Part shown: in pieces, positions 25,358 through 41,123 of the stretch | How the letters are laid out: each line of letters opens with the position of its first letter | Position numbering within the stretch: the first letter of the stretch is position 1 | Assembly: GCF_001194135.2 (NCBI RefSeq) | Contig: NC_068982.1 | Location: 110,028,774-110,092,773, forward strand | Length of the DNA: 64,000 bases | Direction: 5' to 3' | DNA from: Octopus bimaculoides | Taxonomy: Eukaryota | Notes under the pieces: generated by a model | Told to the model about the DNA's origin: nothing | Seen by the model: the letters and a program-made list of their open reading frames with translations, nothing else | Database searches by the model: none | Program-made: the position numbers and the translations under genes

Positions 25358-27647
25358 AACAAATGTTCAAAAAAACAAACAAATGTTCAAAAGTACATTC
25401 CTAACATAATGGACTTCATATGTTTACATATTGGTACATATGTTTGTGTATGTGTGTATAAATAAGTATATGTGTATGTATGTATGAATGTATGTAACAT
25501 CAACCATATGTATATATGTGTATATATGTATACACACACACACACACCTACGCACGGATTTTACATAATTATACATGACTTCGCAAATATACGTGTGTGT
25601 GCGCGCGCATATGTGTGTTGATACATACATACATACATACATACATACATACATACATGTATGCATGTATATTACTACTGCAAAAGACATCCCTAAACTC
25701 ACATATATAAGGACGAACATACACAAAGATATGCGTGTGCGCGTATGTGCGTGTGTAGATGTACATTTGAGTATGCGTTTATGTATGTGTCCCCCGCGCA
25801 GTTATATATTTTACGATTTCACAACAATAAAGCCATAAGAAGAAAAACGACGATCAAAGACTTGACAGTTGACAGTAACGGGTCATTAAATATATACGTT
25901 ACCGCCAACACCACCTATCTAACATCATCACTGCTTCTATTAATCATATCGTCTCTATAACATACCACCCACATTCATTGACACCACCAGTTACATCAAG
26001 AGCAACGACAACAACAGCGACAACTCCCAACTGCTACCGCAACCTTCCATCATAAGATTTTAGATTTAGTAATGCGACAAAACGGTCGATGGAGATAGTG
26101 AAGTTATCTTGTCGACAGTTTTTCTGATATAAAGAAGACAGCTTAAATACTCTGGAGAGCAACTGTCGATTCTAGGTGATTCTAGCTTCATTTATATATA
26201 TATATACAACTGACCAACTACTTTCTCCCTTTCTCCCTTCCCCCATTTTCACACTACATACGTCAAGATCACCAGCAGTCTACCTCCCACACACAGCCCC
26301 TCGTTCCCGATCACCGTTTGTTATCTCCCCTTTTCTTAGCTCTCCTGAAATAAGAATTTCTAACTTCCGGTCAGTCATTGTTATGATCGGCCATTATTAT
26401 GATTGACCGTTGACTGAACACTATTCAATTTTTTTTCTCCGTGTTTTTCTCCTNNNNNNNNNNNNNNNNNNNNNNNNNNNNNNNNNNNNNNNNNNNNNNN
26501 NNNNNNNNNNNNNNNNNNNNNNNNNNNNNNNNNNNNNNNNNNNNNNNNNNNNNNNNNNNNNNNNNNNNNNNNNNNNNNNNNNNNNNNNNNNNNNNNNNNN
26601 NNNNNNNNNNNNNNNNNNNNNNNNNNNNNNNNNNNNNNNNNNNNNNNNNNNNNNNNNNNNNNNNNNNNNNNNNNNNNNNNNNNNNNNNNNNNNNNNNNNN
26701 NNNNNNNNNNNNNNNNNNNNNNNNNNNNNNNNNNNNNNNNNNNNNNNNNNNNNNNNNNNNNNNNNNNNNNNNNNNNNNNNNNNNNNNNNNNNNNNNNNNN
26801 NNNNNNNNNNNNNNNNNNNNNNNNNNNNNNNNNNNNNNNNNNNNNNNNNNNNNNNNNNNNNNNNNNNNNNNNNNNNNNNNNNNNNNNNNNNNNNNNNNNN
26901 NNNNNNNNNNNNNNNNNNNNNNNNNNNNNNNNNNNNNNNNNNNNNNNNNNNNNNNNNNNNNNNNNNNNNNNNNNNNNNNNNNNNNNNNNNNNNNNNNNNN
27001 NNNNNNNNNNNNNNNNNNNNNNNNNNNNNNNNNNNNNNNNNNNNNNNNNNNNNNNNNNNNNNNNNNNNNNNNNNNNNNNNNNNNNNNNNNNNNNNNNNNN
27101 NNNNNNNNNNNNNNNNNNNNNNNNNNNNNNNNNNNNNNNNNNNNNNNNNNNNNNNNNNNNNNNNNNNNNNNNNNNNNNNNNNNNNNNNNNNNNNNNNNNN
27201 NNNNNNNNNNNNNNNNNNNNNNNNNNNNNNNNNNNNNNNNNNNNNNNNNNNNNNNNNNNNNNNNNNNNNNNNNNNNNNNNNNNNNNNNNNNNNNNNNNNN
27301 NNNNNNNNNNNNNNNATATATATATTAATATGTATATATATATATATATTGATAGTGAAAGGTATGAGCATGTGTATGTTTGTGTATGTGTTTTGTTGTG
27401 TGTGGTAGTGTCTTGTGTGGATTTGCATGAAAGTGATGCTGAGACACAGAAGAGAAAAAGCAAATGTGGGTTCATAAATAAGGAAAGAGAAGCGAGTGAG
27501 AAAGAGAGAGACAAAAAAGCTGACAGAGAGAGATAGATACATATATATAAAGATATGTGCGTATATATGCTTTTCCTGGATTCTGTGGTGTCTTGAATGA
27601 GATGCCGATCCGTCACAGTATTACTCATTTTTGTCTGCTGAGTAAAC

Positions 27648-27730
27648 TGGATCAATGAAATGAAGTGTTTTGCTCAAAGACACAACACATCGCCCGGTCC
27701 AGGAATTGAGACCCCAATCTTACTATCAGG
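27648..27730 (-). mobile_element. SINE family B head fragment
   Basis: Reverse complement ..CAATTCCTGGACCGGGCGATGTGTTGTGTCTTTGAGCAAAACACTT matches 45688-45735. Confidence 0.6.
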
Positions 27731-27924
27731 TGTAGATTTCATCAAGCTTTATATAGAATTTCTCTTTACCTGCACATTGGGTTATGATAATTTGATGCTT
27801 GGTTAAAGTGTTTCAATTTGAATAATAAATGTTTTCTAGAGCACGACAGAGGTTTAATCAAATGTTTTGTACGTTTCATTCTCCTTGGTTTTATATATAT
27901 ATATAAATTTCAAAATGTAACCAC

Positions 27925-28090
27925 ATGTGGATCGTTGACGATTTTTTTCCTCCGTCTTCCTTATCTCTTGGACTTTCCTCCGACTCCTGTTTCTGATGAG
28001 GAGCTTTGCTTTTTACGTAAAACTACCTTTCTTTCCTCTGCTAATACTTTGCATGTACCACTTCCTCGCGTTGTTGTTTTTTCTTGTGGT
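27925..28090 (+). mobile_element. Penelope-like terminal repeat fragment with decayed hammerhead (27989-28023)
   Basis: GTTT-CTGATGA-G-GAGC-TTT-GCT-TTTT-ACGT-A-AAAC; the CGAA portion is replaced by TTTT. Confidence 0.5.
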
Positions 28091-28121
28091 GTTTGATCTT
28101 CGTTTTTTGGGATTTATTATA

Positions 28122-28157
<36 letters not shown>

Positions 28158-28846
28158 GGAGTAAGCACATGAAATGTGCAACAAGGTGGAAAAAAGAGTA
28201 CTCAAATACCAGAGATAGAGTAATATGCTTTATTTAAAAGCAGCAGAAATATAACAAAAAANNNNNNNNNNNNNNNNNNNNNNNNNNNNNNNNNNNNNNN
28301 NNNNNNNNNNNNNNNNNNNNNNNNNNNNNNNNNNNNNNNNNNNNNNNNNNNNNNNNNNNNNNNNNNNNNNNNNNNNNNNNNNNNNNNNNNNNNNNNNNNN
28401 NNNNNNNNNNNNNNNNNNNNNNNNNNNNNNNNNNNNNNNNNNNNNNNNNNNNNNNNNNNNNNNNNNNNNNNNNNNNNNNNNNNNNNNNNNNNNNNNNNNN
28501 NNNNNNNNNNNNNNNNNNNNNNNNNNNNNNNNNNNNNNNNNNNNNNNNNNNNNNNNNNNNNNNNNNNNNNNNNNNNNNNNNNNNNNNNNNNNNNNNNNNN
28601 NNNNNNNNNNNNNNNNNNNNNNNNNNNNNNNNNNNNNNNNNNNNNNNNNNNNNNNNNNNNNNNNNNNNNNNNNNNNNNNNNNNNNNNNNNNNNNNNNNNN
28701 NNNNNNNNNNNNNNNNNNNNNNNNNNNNNNNNNNNNNNNNNNNNNNNNNNNNNNNNNNNNNNNNNNNNNNNNNNNNNNNNNNNNNNNNNNNNNNNNNNNN
28801 NNNNNNNNNNNNNNNNNNNNNNNNNNNNNNNNNNNNNNNNNNNNNN

Positions 28847-28907
<61 letters not shown>

Positions 28908-29554
28908 TGATGCGACCGTTACATTTAAACAGTACTTATTAAGAGATGGTTTCCATTAATTTATTAGTATATGTTCGCGTATCTGTCGCAAAAGTGAATC
29001 ATATGGTTCTATTGCAATGGCCTTTGTCTATGTTGTTTATCATGCCGTCGGTATGCTGCTAAAATACCAAATTTTCCTGTCTCCATTTTCTTTCTAATGC
29101 TTCTCCATTCTTTCAGTTTCCCCTTCATACGCTGCGGTTTTCTTTTTACATTCGTCCTCCTCACATTTTAATTGATAAACTACGTTCCTTATTTTAACTA
29201 AGGTTGATCCTAAGGTTCATATTACGCACAATACAGTTCCTGCTGGTGAATTTGGTCCTTTCAAAGGCTATGATCTTTATAGCTGTGACCTAATGAATTT
29301 TCTTGGTTTCTCTATTACTTTAATTCTAATTTTAACGTCAATCAGCGTTCCTAAACCTACGAACTAATTCTCTTTTTGGTGTAGCATAAGAAGCATTACC
29401 CTTGAAACTAGTCACTATTATACCATGTGTTGAATGTTAACAAATTGTCTACTAAAAGAGGTGAAATAGAACAAGTGTGTGCATTTATTAATGACAAAAT
29501 GACCTTCCTAAGCTTCAATATATATACGTGTATGTATGTATGTATGTATGTATG

Positions 29555-30344
29555 TCATTATTCAGTTTATTTCAAGATTTCTTGCCAAAAGAGAAAGAGC
29601 CAGTTTCTAACCTAGATCCAAGGTTCCTTTACTGGAATTTCAACAGCAACAACAGGGTATTTTTGTTTGTTTGTATGTATGTATGTATGCATGTATGTAT
29701 GTATGTATGTGCAGATTTGTATGTTTTATGTATGTATTCTCATGCATAGAGTTACATATCTAGACATGCTCATATATATTTAAATGATAAACTTCTGGAA
29801 AGTTTTACAGATTTTTAGTTCCAGTGATGGATTGGATCTGTAGCCCACGAATTAGCTTTCTCCTTTCTGGTTTTCAGAGGCCTAATTTCTCAAGTTTGGT
29901 ATTTGGGCAGTGTGTTACATATCCCAGGGTCCCAATAATTACAGATATAAACCTGAACTTGTAATCTGGATAGAGTAACTGTAGATTTCTCAATAGTTCG
30001 GCATAGATGTTCTCTTTTTCACTGATCTTCAGCTTTATGTTAACATCCGCTGGGCAGCTAATTCCCACAATTGTGCACAGTTTCTCCTCTCTATCCCAAA
30101 TCATTATATCAGGTCTGTTGTGCTTACATTTTATTGAGGTCTTCACTGGTACATTCCACCAGTATTCGTTTTTAATATGAGTGGTTATGGCTTCTACCAT
30201 ATTGTGGGTTTTTATTTCTTTCTCCTCAGGATTATCCTTCCGATAGATTTCATTATAGACTGTCCTAGCCTCAACATCTTGTCTCATCGGACAACTGCTT
30301 ATGATGTGGGTGATATCTTCGGTGTTGACTCCACAAAGTCTGCA
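29555..30344 (-). mobile_element. 5'-truncated RLE-type (R4/Dong-like) non-LTR retrotransposon: CCHC knuckle, PD-(D/E)xK endonuclease, 3' UTR
   Basis: CRLCGVNTEDITHIISSC (C-x2-C-x8-H-x4-C); RQD (degenerate RHD); NRPDIMIWDREEKLCTIVGISCP..KISEKENIY; the 3' UTR ends directly in (CATA)n. Confidence 0.9.
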
Positions 30345-30530
<186 letters not shown>

Positions 30531-31118
30531 CATTGTCTTCATCCACCTAGTTATCATTATCGTCATCATCGGCAGCGTTAGCGTCATCATCACCATCATC
30601 CTGACCATTAGAAATATGGAAAAGTAATGTCTGTAGAGATGCAGTAAGATTGACCTCTTGATATATTTCTAATTAGCCATTTTCAATTCTTGTTTAACTT
30701 TTTTTATATTTGTTCTATAATTCCCACTGGTTCTATTCATGAGTTCATCAAACAGATATAAATCCAGTGATGACGTGTGGCGGTAAGCTTGTACCCGTGA
30801 TTAACATTTAATTTCCCAGTCCCACATGTCACAATTGCCCCAAATGTATCATCATATATTGGATCTGGACGAGAAATGTTTTTTTTTGTTTTGTTTCCCC
30901 CGCCCCCTTTGTTGTTGTTTTTTGGCATATCATAAAGAATATATCGATTAAATTTATATTTTTGCTTCCATTATTGAAACTTATTCTTTCTTTCTCTCCC
31001 TCTCTCTTCCTCATTTTATCTATCATCATGCGTATATCATCGGACACCCACTCTCTCACTCTTTTCTCCATCAATCTCTTTTAAAACTAGTTCTCCCTTT
31101 AGAGTCTCTTTTCTCATT

Positions 31119-31178
<60 letters not shown>

Positions 31179-31563
31179 CTTTCTTTTTTTTCCATTTTCG
31201 TATCTCTGACTCCTCTTCTCTCCCTCTCTCACCCTTCATTTACTCAGTCAATAATCTTTTTCTCTATCTATTTCTCCATTTTTTTAGTATCGGTCGTTCA
31301 CACCTCATATCTTTTTCCCTCTTTCTCCATTCACCTCTTCCTCCCTTCATTTTCTTTTTCTAACTCTCTTTTCTAAATATAGTTCTGCCTTCCACCCTGT
31401 CTGCATTTTCATTACCTTCCGTCCAAGGTATCGCGCTCATATTTCCAGCTATCTCCCTCTCTCCTTCTCTTTCTCCCTCTCCTTCTCTCTCTCCCCCTTA
31501 CTCCCTCTTTCCTCCTTTCCCACTCTCCTCCTCCTTTCTCTCCTTCTTTCTCTCTTCTTGTAC

Positions 31564-31603
<40 letters not shown>

Positions 31604-32079
31604 TTTTATATTGAACTACTCGGCAGAATTGTTAATTATTAATTCTATTATTAATTGACGATTCTCTGCCCTTATTCTTGTATATTCTTGTATANNNNNN
31701 NNNNNNNNNNNNNNNNNNNNNNNNNNNNNNNNNNNNNNNNNNNNNNNNNNNNNNNNNNNNNNNNNNNNNNNNNNNNNNNNNNNNNNNNNNNNNNNNNNNN
31801 NNNNNNNNNNNNNNNNNNNNNNNNNNNNNNNNNNNNNNNNNNNNNNNNNNNNNNNNNNNNNNNNNNNNNNNNNNNNNNNNNNNNNNNNNNNNNNNNNNNN
31901 NNNNNNNNNNNNNNNNNNNNNNNNNNNNNNNNNNNNNNNNNNNNNNNNATATATATCACGGATTGGTCGATACAAATATTTCGTATTCGTGGTGTTTTCC
32001 CCTTTTCTTTATTTTCATGTAATTAACCATTCTTTCATTCATTCCCCTCATACAGTCATTTAATATTCTATCGTGAAAA

Positions 32080-32270
32080 AAGGCAGCGAGCTGGCAGAAT
32101 CGTTACCGCGCCGGATAAAATGTTTAGTGGCATTTCTTCCGACTTTAAGTTCTAAGTTCAAAATGCCGCCGAGGTCGATAAAATAAGTACCAGTTGAGTA
32201 CTAGCGTTGGTGTGACCAACTTTCCCTCTCTCCCGAAAATTCTGGTCTCCTCCCAAAATTTGAAACCAAT
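32080..32270 (+). mobile_element. SINE family C (internally deleted)
   Basis: AAGGCAGCGAGCTGGCAGAATCGTTA..AAGTTCAAAATGCC..AAAATTTGAAACCAAT. Confidence 0.8.
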
Positions 32271-32290
32271 ATTTTTTTTTTCTCTCTCTA

Positions 32291-32500
32291 GAGCAGCGAA
32301 CTTGCAGAATCATTAGCACGCCAGGCAAAATGCTTAGCGCCATTTCGTCTGTCTTTACGTTTAGAGTTCAAATACTGCCGAGGTCGACTTTGCTTTCATC
32401 CTTTGAGGGTCGATGAAATAAGTACTAGTTGAGCACCGCGGTCGGAGTAATCGATTTACCCCCTCCTCAGAAACGGACCTTGTGCTAAAATTTGAAATCA
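32291..32500 (+). mobile_element. SINE family C, tandem second copy
   Basis: GAGCAGCGAACTTGCAGAATCATTAGCACGCC..GAGTTCAAATACTGCCGAGGTCGACTTTG..CTTGTGCTAAAATTTGAAATC. Confidence 0.8.
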
Positions 32501-33482
32501 GTAGTCTATCATGAAAATCCATCAATTATTTCAATATCCTTTGCTAACGATTTAGTACCATAGTACATGCGTAGGTATGATTATCTTTCTTACCTATACG
32601 TTAGAATACTAAATCTTGACTGCATCAAAAGATCTTGAAGTTCACAGTCGTTATCATCCCGTTTTTTACAATGTGCAGGGAATCCGGTTCCACTTTATCC
32701 AAAGGTCTTTTTTCTAATACGGTAGTTTGCTCTGTAATGGAGATTTGGCTTCTATTTCGGGCAGGCATGCGATCATTTAGAAGTAGAGGCTACCGCGTTG
32801 GATTACAGTATTGGTCATGATACTATTGATTAATTGGCTGGTTGTTTGGTTGGGTAATTGGCTGGTTGAATCCTTCGACGGATGAGCTGGTGGCAGTTAT
32901 TGTTATATCAATACTGCTATTAATGTCTCTGTTATTGTTGTTGTTGTAAGCGAGTTAATGAGATATAAATAGATAAAATATCGCATCTTCGTATTAGCAC
33001 AAGGCCAAAAGTTGTGGGTTAGGGGCCGGAAACAGTCAAATCATTCGAACCCAGTATTTAATGGGCATTATTTATAGATCTCAAGATAGATGACTAGCGA
33101 AGACGTTTCTGGCAAGATTTGAACTCGGTTCGTAAAGGGAAGTAACTTAATATCAAAAATTGTATTTCGCATGGGGCTTTACAAATTCTGTATCCTACAG
33201 CCCTAAGCTAGAAGCAATATTGAGGTGTGTCAGACTTAAGATATTGCAATCTATAAAATTGTAGCACTATTGTTGAACAGTATAGTTTACTGTTGTTAAT
33301 TTAATGCCTGTTTACTGTTGTTAATTTAATTCCAACACTCCTACACTTCAAGTGGATGGTAGTCTATATCTTAAGACTGTAATTTATGCCGATATTGAAA
33401 TATTTATATATATTGAATACTGTTTGAGTTGTTACTGTAGGTTGTACTAAGTCCATCTGTCTACCACAACAGTGGACATACG

Positions 33483-33484
<2 letters not shown>

Positions 33485-33532
<48 letters not shown>

Positions 33533-33565
33533 CATACATACATACATACATACATACATACATAG
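33485..33565. repeat. (GATA)n(CATA)n compound tetranucleotide repeat
   Basis: Directly visible. Confidence 0.95.
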
Positions 33566-35214
33566 ACAGATGACTCGTCCAATATACAGATGTATACCTA
33601 AGTATGTAAATGTATGTACACTCGTATGTATATGAATATATGCTTGAATTTGTGTGTGTGTGTGTGTGTGTGTGTGTAGAAATACACACGTGTGCGCACG
33701 CAAGCACACACACACACTCTCACACACACTCTCACACACACATTGTGTGTGTGTGTATTTTTAATAGGGAACTAGATACGTTGGTACGTAGATAGGTAGA
33801 TACGTTGGTACGTTGGTACGTAGATAGGTAGAAAACGAAGGAACGAAGGCAGATCGGTAGGTAATTAGACAGGTAAGTTGTGAAGTAGGTAGGTAGGTAG
33901 GTAAGTAGGTAGGTAGGTAGTTAGGTAGGTAGGTAGGTAGGTAGGTAGGTAGGTAGGTAGGTAGGATGGACAGAGGGATGGAAGGAGGGAGGGAGGTAAT
34001 AGTGATTAGGGAGGGGGGTAAAGCTTTGTTAGGGTGGTGTATTGCTGAGTATTAAAATACTAAAGCATGAGTGATAATAAATGAACTACACTAAATAAAT
34101 CAATGGGTGGGGATGGGGTGAAAAAGGATGGATAGATGTATAAATGGATAAGTGAATTAATATGAATATTCATACAGGTATCTATATTGTGCAACCCAGG
34201 TAGCAAATAACCAATTTACGGTCGGATCGACCCGCCTACAAACCAAACTCCCTCTCTATTAACATACCTCTCCCTAGTTCGCTATCTGACCATTGCCAGA
34301 AAGGTAGCTATGTGTGTGTGTATGCATATGTGTGTGTATGCATGTGTGTGTAAGTGGTATGTGAAAAAGAGATGGACGGAAAACGAGAAAGAGAGAGAGA
34401 GAGAGATAGAGAAAGAGAGGAGGAAAGAATTTTTGAATTAAAGATGTTTATCGCTAGTAAACTACATAGCAAGATAGTTACGTTGCTGGATAGCCAGCTA
34501 GGTATATAGCTTGCTTCATATTCCTGTTACTGAATGGCATCACACAGTCCGGGACCATCTACGGATTAACCATGAAGGCTTGAGAAAGTAATTTGGTAGA
34601 TATTGGTCATTGATGGGTTATTACCTATGACGTCACTACTTAGTAGGCTATCATCTTAGTAGGCTATCATCTCACTACCAACCGTTACCAATAGCTAGAT
34701 CGACGAATAAATAGCCCGCTAGTTGCTTGATCGAAATAATATATATGTGTCGTGTGTGTGTTTGTGTATGTTACATACATAGATATATGTGTGAGTGCGT
34801 GTGAAGATATATATATATGTAATATATAATATAGATATATGCAAATTTAAATGCATACATACATGCATATATGTATATACACACATATACATATGTATTA
34901 TACACACATATACTCGCAGACAAACACACATACACTGAACAGAGGAACAGAGAGAAGGAGGGAGAGAGATTTTAAATTAATTAAAAGAAGCCTGATGAAG
35001 AGAATGAAAGAAAGAGCGAAAGATAAAGGAGCTACTATTCAGCAGAAAGTAACAACGTGTCGTGCTATTACAGTTGCCGGAGATGTGAAGAATCGACCCG
35101 GAAGCAAGATAAAGCTTGTGTTGCCTGCTGTTATTTTTCTTCTGTCCCAGGACATCAGTTACACTGGGAACCTTTTCTCTTGCTCATAATTTCTGTTTAT
35201 CTCTTTTATTATCT

Positions 35215-36250
<1,036 letters not shown>

Positions 36251-37845
36251 TCTAATAGCTGGAAGGCTAAATAGCCGGTAATGCTGTACTGTCTTGTAAT
36301 AATGTCTTGCTGAGATAGTGTACCACAGAATTGGAATAAACGTCAATCAACCAAACTGTTGTGACAGCTTGAATTGGGATGAGACGTCCGGCTTTTTCGA
36401 AATTTAGCTTATTTAATATTGTGATAATCGATCCCCAATGGTGACCTTCTACCTTCACTTACGTCAGTGACTCCTTTGAGAAAAGCTTCAGTTTTGCTCG
36501 CCAAAATATATGTACAAGCTCCATGTGGTAGGTGACAAAAGCCAGAACGGCAGGCCGTTAGACTGATAGCTTTTACGTGAAATATTTATGTCTGCTGGCC
36601 AACCAGAGCACCTTTTCGCTATCGTTCTATCTGTTGGATATAACAGCCAAAAGTTCCTCAAATCTCAAACTACTGCCTTTAAAAAAAAGTGGAGGTGCAT
36701 TGTATTCTATGCACTCAGGGTATACTATGGCTAGAAAAGAAAAAAAATGGGATGATCATGTTGTAACACCTTTCATTATATGCCTACTCAATCAGGTCAG
36801 AGTTGGGGTTAAATAAAAACAACACATCTTCTCCATGACTGGTGTTCCCTAAATGTCAACAGGTACCGTAATCAGGTATAATTCACATCGTTAAGAAGTA
36901 AGTGTATCGGTGTACTTTACGAGTATTATTTAAGCTCACAACGACCTCATATACAATACAGAACAAACGCTGTTTAAGACGAGTAATGTTATTATCCACG
37001 ATAAACACTGCTCGCTGACTATTCCTGTCGGAATTATTAAGACAATCAATCACTCGGCTAATCAATATTTCATAAATATCTTTATAATTTGTTGTTATTT
37101 TCAATGTCGTATTCTTTGAAGCGGTAAAATATATTTTATCCCTTGAATTGTCACTATACATATATTACAGTTGAATTTTATGTATTTTATGTAAATTTCA
37201 AAAAATTAAATTCTTCCATGAGCCTCAGAAGACTATTAAGATCATGTGTCAATAAGAGAATTAGAGATAAATCATCCGTAGATTTGATGTCTGTGTGTCA
37301 TTGTTAAATTTCCCCGATGATTTGGTACATACTACTAACCGCTACGAGAAGTGAGGCACCTAGGATTAACTGTTTTATCAAAATATACAGTAAAAAGCCA
37401 ACAGATGGTTTCAACACAATTGCTGTGAAATGGGAGATAAATCAATACATATCCGCTTGACCATCTCATTAGTAAAAATAAAAGGAATGCTAAAAATAGT
37501 TCAGAGCTAGACACCATTAAACATAATCTCCTGGTGAACTGTATTTGTAACTTAGTTTCCCGGTTTCAATTCCTAATTATATCCATTTCCTTTCAATGAC
37601 ATCACAGATATGCACTTAGAAATGTATGAATGCTATCAATTTCATTGCTACTCTGCAATGAATCGGAGATCATATGCTCTTGAAAAAAATCGATACAGTT
37701 TTTATTTTGTTTTCCATCCTCCAAACTTAAAAAGAGATTAGAACCTGTAATACACTGGAATCACCTTAGTACAATTTTTTTCTAGCAAGAAATAAAATTG
37801 TACAAAGAAACAAAACGCTAGTCGTGAGCGCGTGTGTGTTTGTAA

Positions 37846-39083
37846 TACGAGGGTCAGCTGAAAATTTTATAGGCTGACCAATATACTCTCATAGAACGTA
37901 ACCAAATGAGATTTATTTTTCAACATGAACCCGCTTGCGGTCTATACACTTGCTTCCATCGATGTTGTAGTACTTGGATCCATTGGTAAAGAACCTTTCA
38001 TCCTGTTGATATGACGTCATCATCACTGCGACACTGGTTTCCAGCCAAGTATTTTCTCATGTTGGGGAACAGATGATAGTCAGATGCGGCCAAATCCAGG
38101 AGAATAGGGTGGGTGATCAACCACTTCAAAGCCACAGACAAGGACAACAGCCACAGAAACCAAGGACTTGTGTGCTGGAGCATTGTCCTGATGAAGCAAA
38201 ACCTCTTTCGTCAATTTTCCTGGGTGTTTGAACTTGATAGCTTTTCATATCTGCCTCAGCAAGTTAGCATAGTACTCTCCATTGATGGTATGGGCCTTTC
38301 GAAGAGTCAATAAACACAATGCCTTCTGCACCTCAAAAAACTAAGGCTGTCACCTTCCCTGCAGATGAAAAGACTTTGGCCTTCTTTGGAGCAGGTGACG
38401 AGAAGTGTTTCTACTGTTTGGATTGTCTCTTTGTCTCTGGCTCAAAGTTAGGAAGCCGACACTCATCCTGTCTTAGGAAACGTTTAAGGAAACCAGCTGA
38501 ACCTGCCACAAACAATGTCAGATTTTCCTGTGAGGTGATCAAACTGGTGCACTTTTGATCAAGTGTCAGAACTGGCGCCCGCCGAGCAGAAACCATCATG
38601 ACAAGTTCATTGCGCAGAATATTCTCAAATCTCTCACAGGATATGCTAAAATCATTGGCTATTTGATTTACAGTCAATCGCCCGTTGTCCATCAGCTTGT
38701 GATGAACACGATCAATGTTTTTCCTCGGTGGTGGCCGTTGCAGGACGTCCTGACTGTGAATCATCTTCTACACTCTCCCTTCCACTCCAAAATTCAGCTG
38801 CTCCTGAATTCACTGTTGATAAATCTGGAGCGTCATCACCTAACGTAGTAACCGTATCAGTATGAATGTGAGGTGGGGGAGCTAAACCCTTTTTCAGAGA
38901 TACTTGATAACACCGTTTTCAAGAGAATTCTCTACTAGTTACTTTTGATGTCTTTGTTAGTTTACCTGGAAAGAAACAAGGCAGCTAGTAATAAGTAAAT
39001 TTGAAATGAAAGCCTGCAAGATTTCACAGCTCTAGCATTATTCCTTCATAGTCAGCCTATGAAATTTTCAGCCCACCCTCGTT
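37846..39083 (-). mobile_element. Degenerate near full-length mariner element (irritans/Himar1-like by motif)
   Basis: 33-bp TIRs (37846-37878, 39051-39083) match 29/33. Broken transposase on the minus strand: NIDRVHH..RLTVNQIA, VSARRAP (VSARWVP), QDEC..FEPETKRQS, QDNAPAH, HPPYSPGFG / DLAASDYHLFPNMRKYLAG. Confidence 0.92.
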
Positions 39084-39439
39084 TATAAACTGAGTGGTTT
39101 TCTGGTTTCTTCAGCAAAGCCTCATAAAACCACTTAGAATAATGTAGTCAGAGTATTATTACTGAATATGAACTTGTTTTATGAAGAGAGAGTATCGCTG
39201 GATGAATTGATGGTTGGATGGATGGATGGNNNNNNNNNNNNNNNNNNNNNNNNNNNNNNNNNNNNNNNNNNNNNNNNNNNNNNNNNNNNNNNNNNNNNNN
39301 NNNNNNNNNNNNNNNNNNNNNNNNNNNNNNNNNNNNNNNNNNNNNNNNNNNNNNNNNNNNNNNNNNNNNNNNNNNNNNNNNNNNNNNNNNNNNNNNNNNN
39401 NNNNNNNNNNNNNNNNNNNNNNNNNNNNNNNNNNNNNNN

Positions 39440-39488
<49 letters not shown>

Positions 39489-40005
39489 TTATATATATAT
39501 ATATATATGCATAGATGCATGCTTATAAACAAAAGTGCATAAAAATATTTATATATGGTTTCAAACACCCTTACATATAATTGCAATCCCCCTTTTACGT
39601 TTTCTTATACACATAGCTTTGTAAGTATAATCAATTTCAAATATATATATGCACACACATACACACACACGCCCTCGTATGTGTGTTTGTACGTTCGTAT
39701 GTGTGTGAGTGTGTGCGTGTGCGTGTGCGTGTGTGTGTGTGCGCGTGTGCGTGTGCGTGTGTATGTATGTACACTACACAGCTACATACGGACGTATTCA
39801 AGAAAACACCTACGCAAATATAAACCCTTACATATGTGTGTCTTTTTCATTATCTCCTTCACATAGTAACATACATGCATACATGCAAAATGTTCCGTCT
39901 ATATACATACCTTTTCGTAAGAATACTCGATATATGTATGGTATGTATGTATGTGTGTGTATGTATGTATGTATGTATGTATGTATGCATGTATGTGTGC
40001 GTATG

Positions 40006-40064
<59 letters not shown>

Positions 40065-41123
40065 TTCGTGAACTCAAGTTTTAGGTATTGGCATACACAC
40101 TTTCACATTAATGTGTGATGCATTCAAATACGCCATCACAATCTGATAAATGGAATAAATGGAATGTTTCCGGATAGATCATCTTGAAGTAAATGATCAC
40201 ATTTAACCGATCACAAGTATGAGTCGTCACTGTTGCATTTTAGCGTATAGCACATATTTAATCGATTAACACTACTCATGGAATGAAACTATTTTTTTTT
40301 AATCGTCTAACAGCTATTTACTTGCCAATTATTTACTCGTTATAATACTGTTTACTCGGCTAACTATGGTTAAAAGAAGGTTTGGAGATAATGAGGCGTT
40401 ACTTCCGGATAAATGAAAAAAATGTCAAAGCTTCTATTAATGTAACTATACAAATAATACGAAATAAATAAATATTCAATTTCAGGAAGTTATAGGTATC
40501 GATATGATCAACCCAATATTGACTGATATTTGTTTTACCGAATCTAGAGATTATTTTTCAGCCTTGAAAGGATAAAAAGCAAAGTTGATCGGAATGAGAT
40601 TTGAAATTAGAACATAAAGAGGCATAATTTAATATTGAGAGTAATTTTTGTTAAACACTTTACCGATTCTGACATCTGCTGCTACTAATAAAACATTAGA
40701 ATATGTAGTTAACTATTAATCATTATGGTGGTGAGACACGAAGTTTGATCCTCCCCTATTCAATTAATGTAGTGGTCTAGCACTGCTAGATTTTGACTTG
40801 TCCCAGATTATTACAATCTGGCTGGGGTAGTAAACTTACGGTGGAGAATCGTGTATAGTTGTGGAGACCATTTTTCTTTCAACAAACCTTTTACTTTCTG
40901 TAAATTGACTCCCATCCCAAAATGTGAACTACACGTCGTTCCACTGTTTATAAAGCACCACCCCATAGATGCTCTATACATAGCACACCTCACTGATACT
41001 CACCCCCGTCAGTTACAGGGAGCCTTTACCTTGGCCCTGGACCTATTAGAAATATCTACTAATTCTCCTTCAAATCACATTCTACTGCCCTATAAAGAAA
41101 AAAAGAAATATATACATTGAACT

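Noticed and set aside
29375-29420. GAAA-CTAG-TC with palindromic helix III
   Set aside because: The upstream core reads CATAAGA and helix I is out of register; too decayed to call.
34985-35030. CTGATGAAGAG...GCGAAAG
   Set aside because: Purine-rich chance match with no helices.
36845-36905. Apparent 35-nt exon (CAACAG...GAA/GTAAGT)
   Set aside because: Stops in all three frames.
36883-37161. 92-aa non-repetitive minus-strand ORF
   Set aside because: No recognisable motif; within the chance range for this length.
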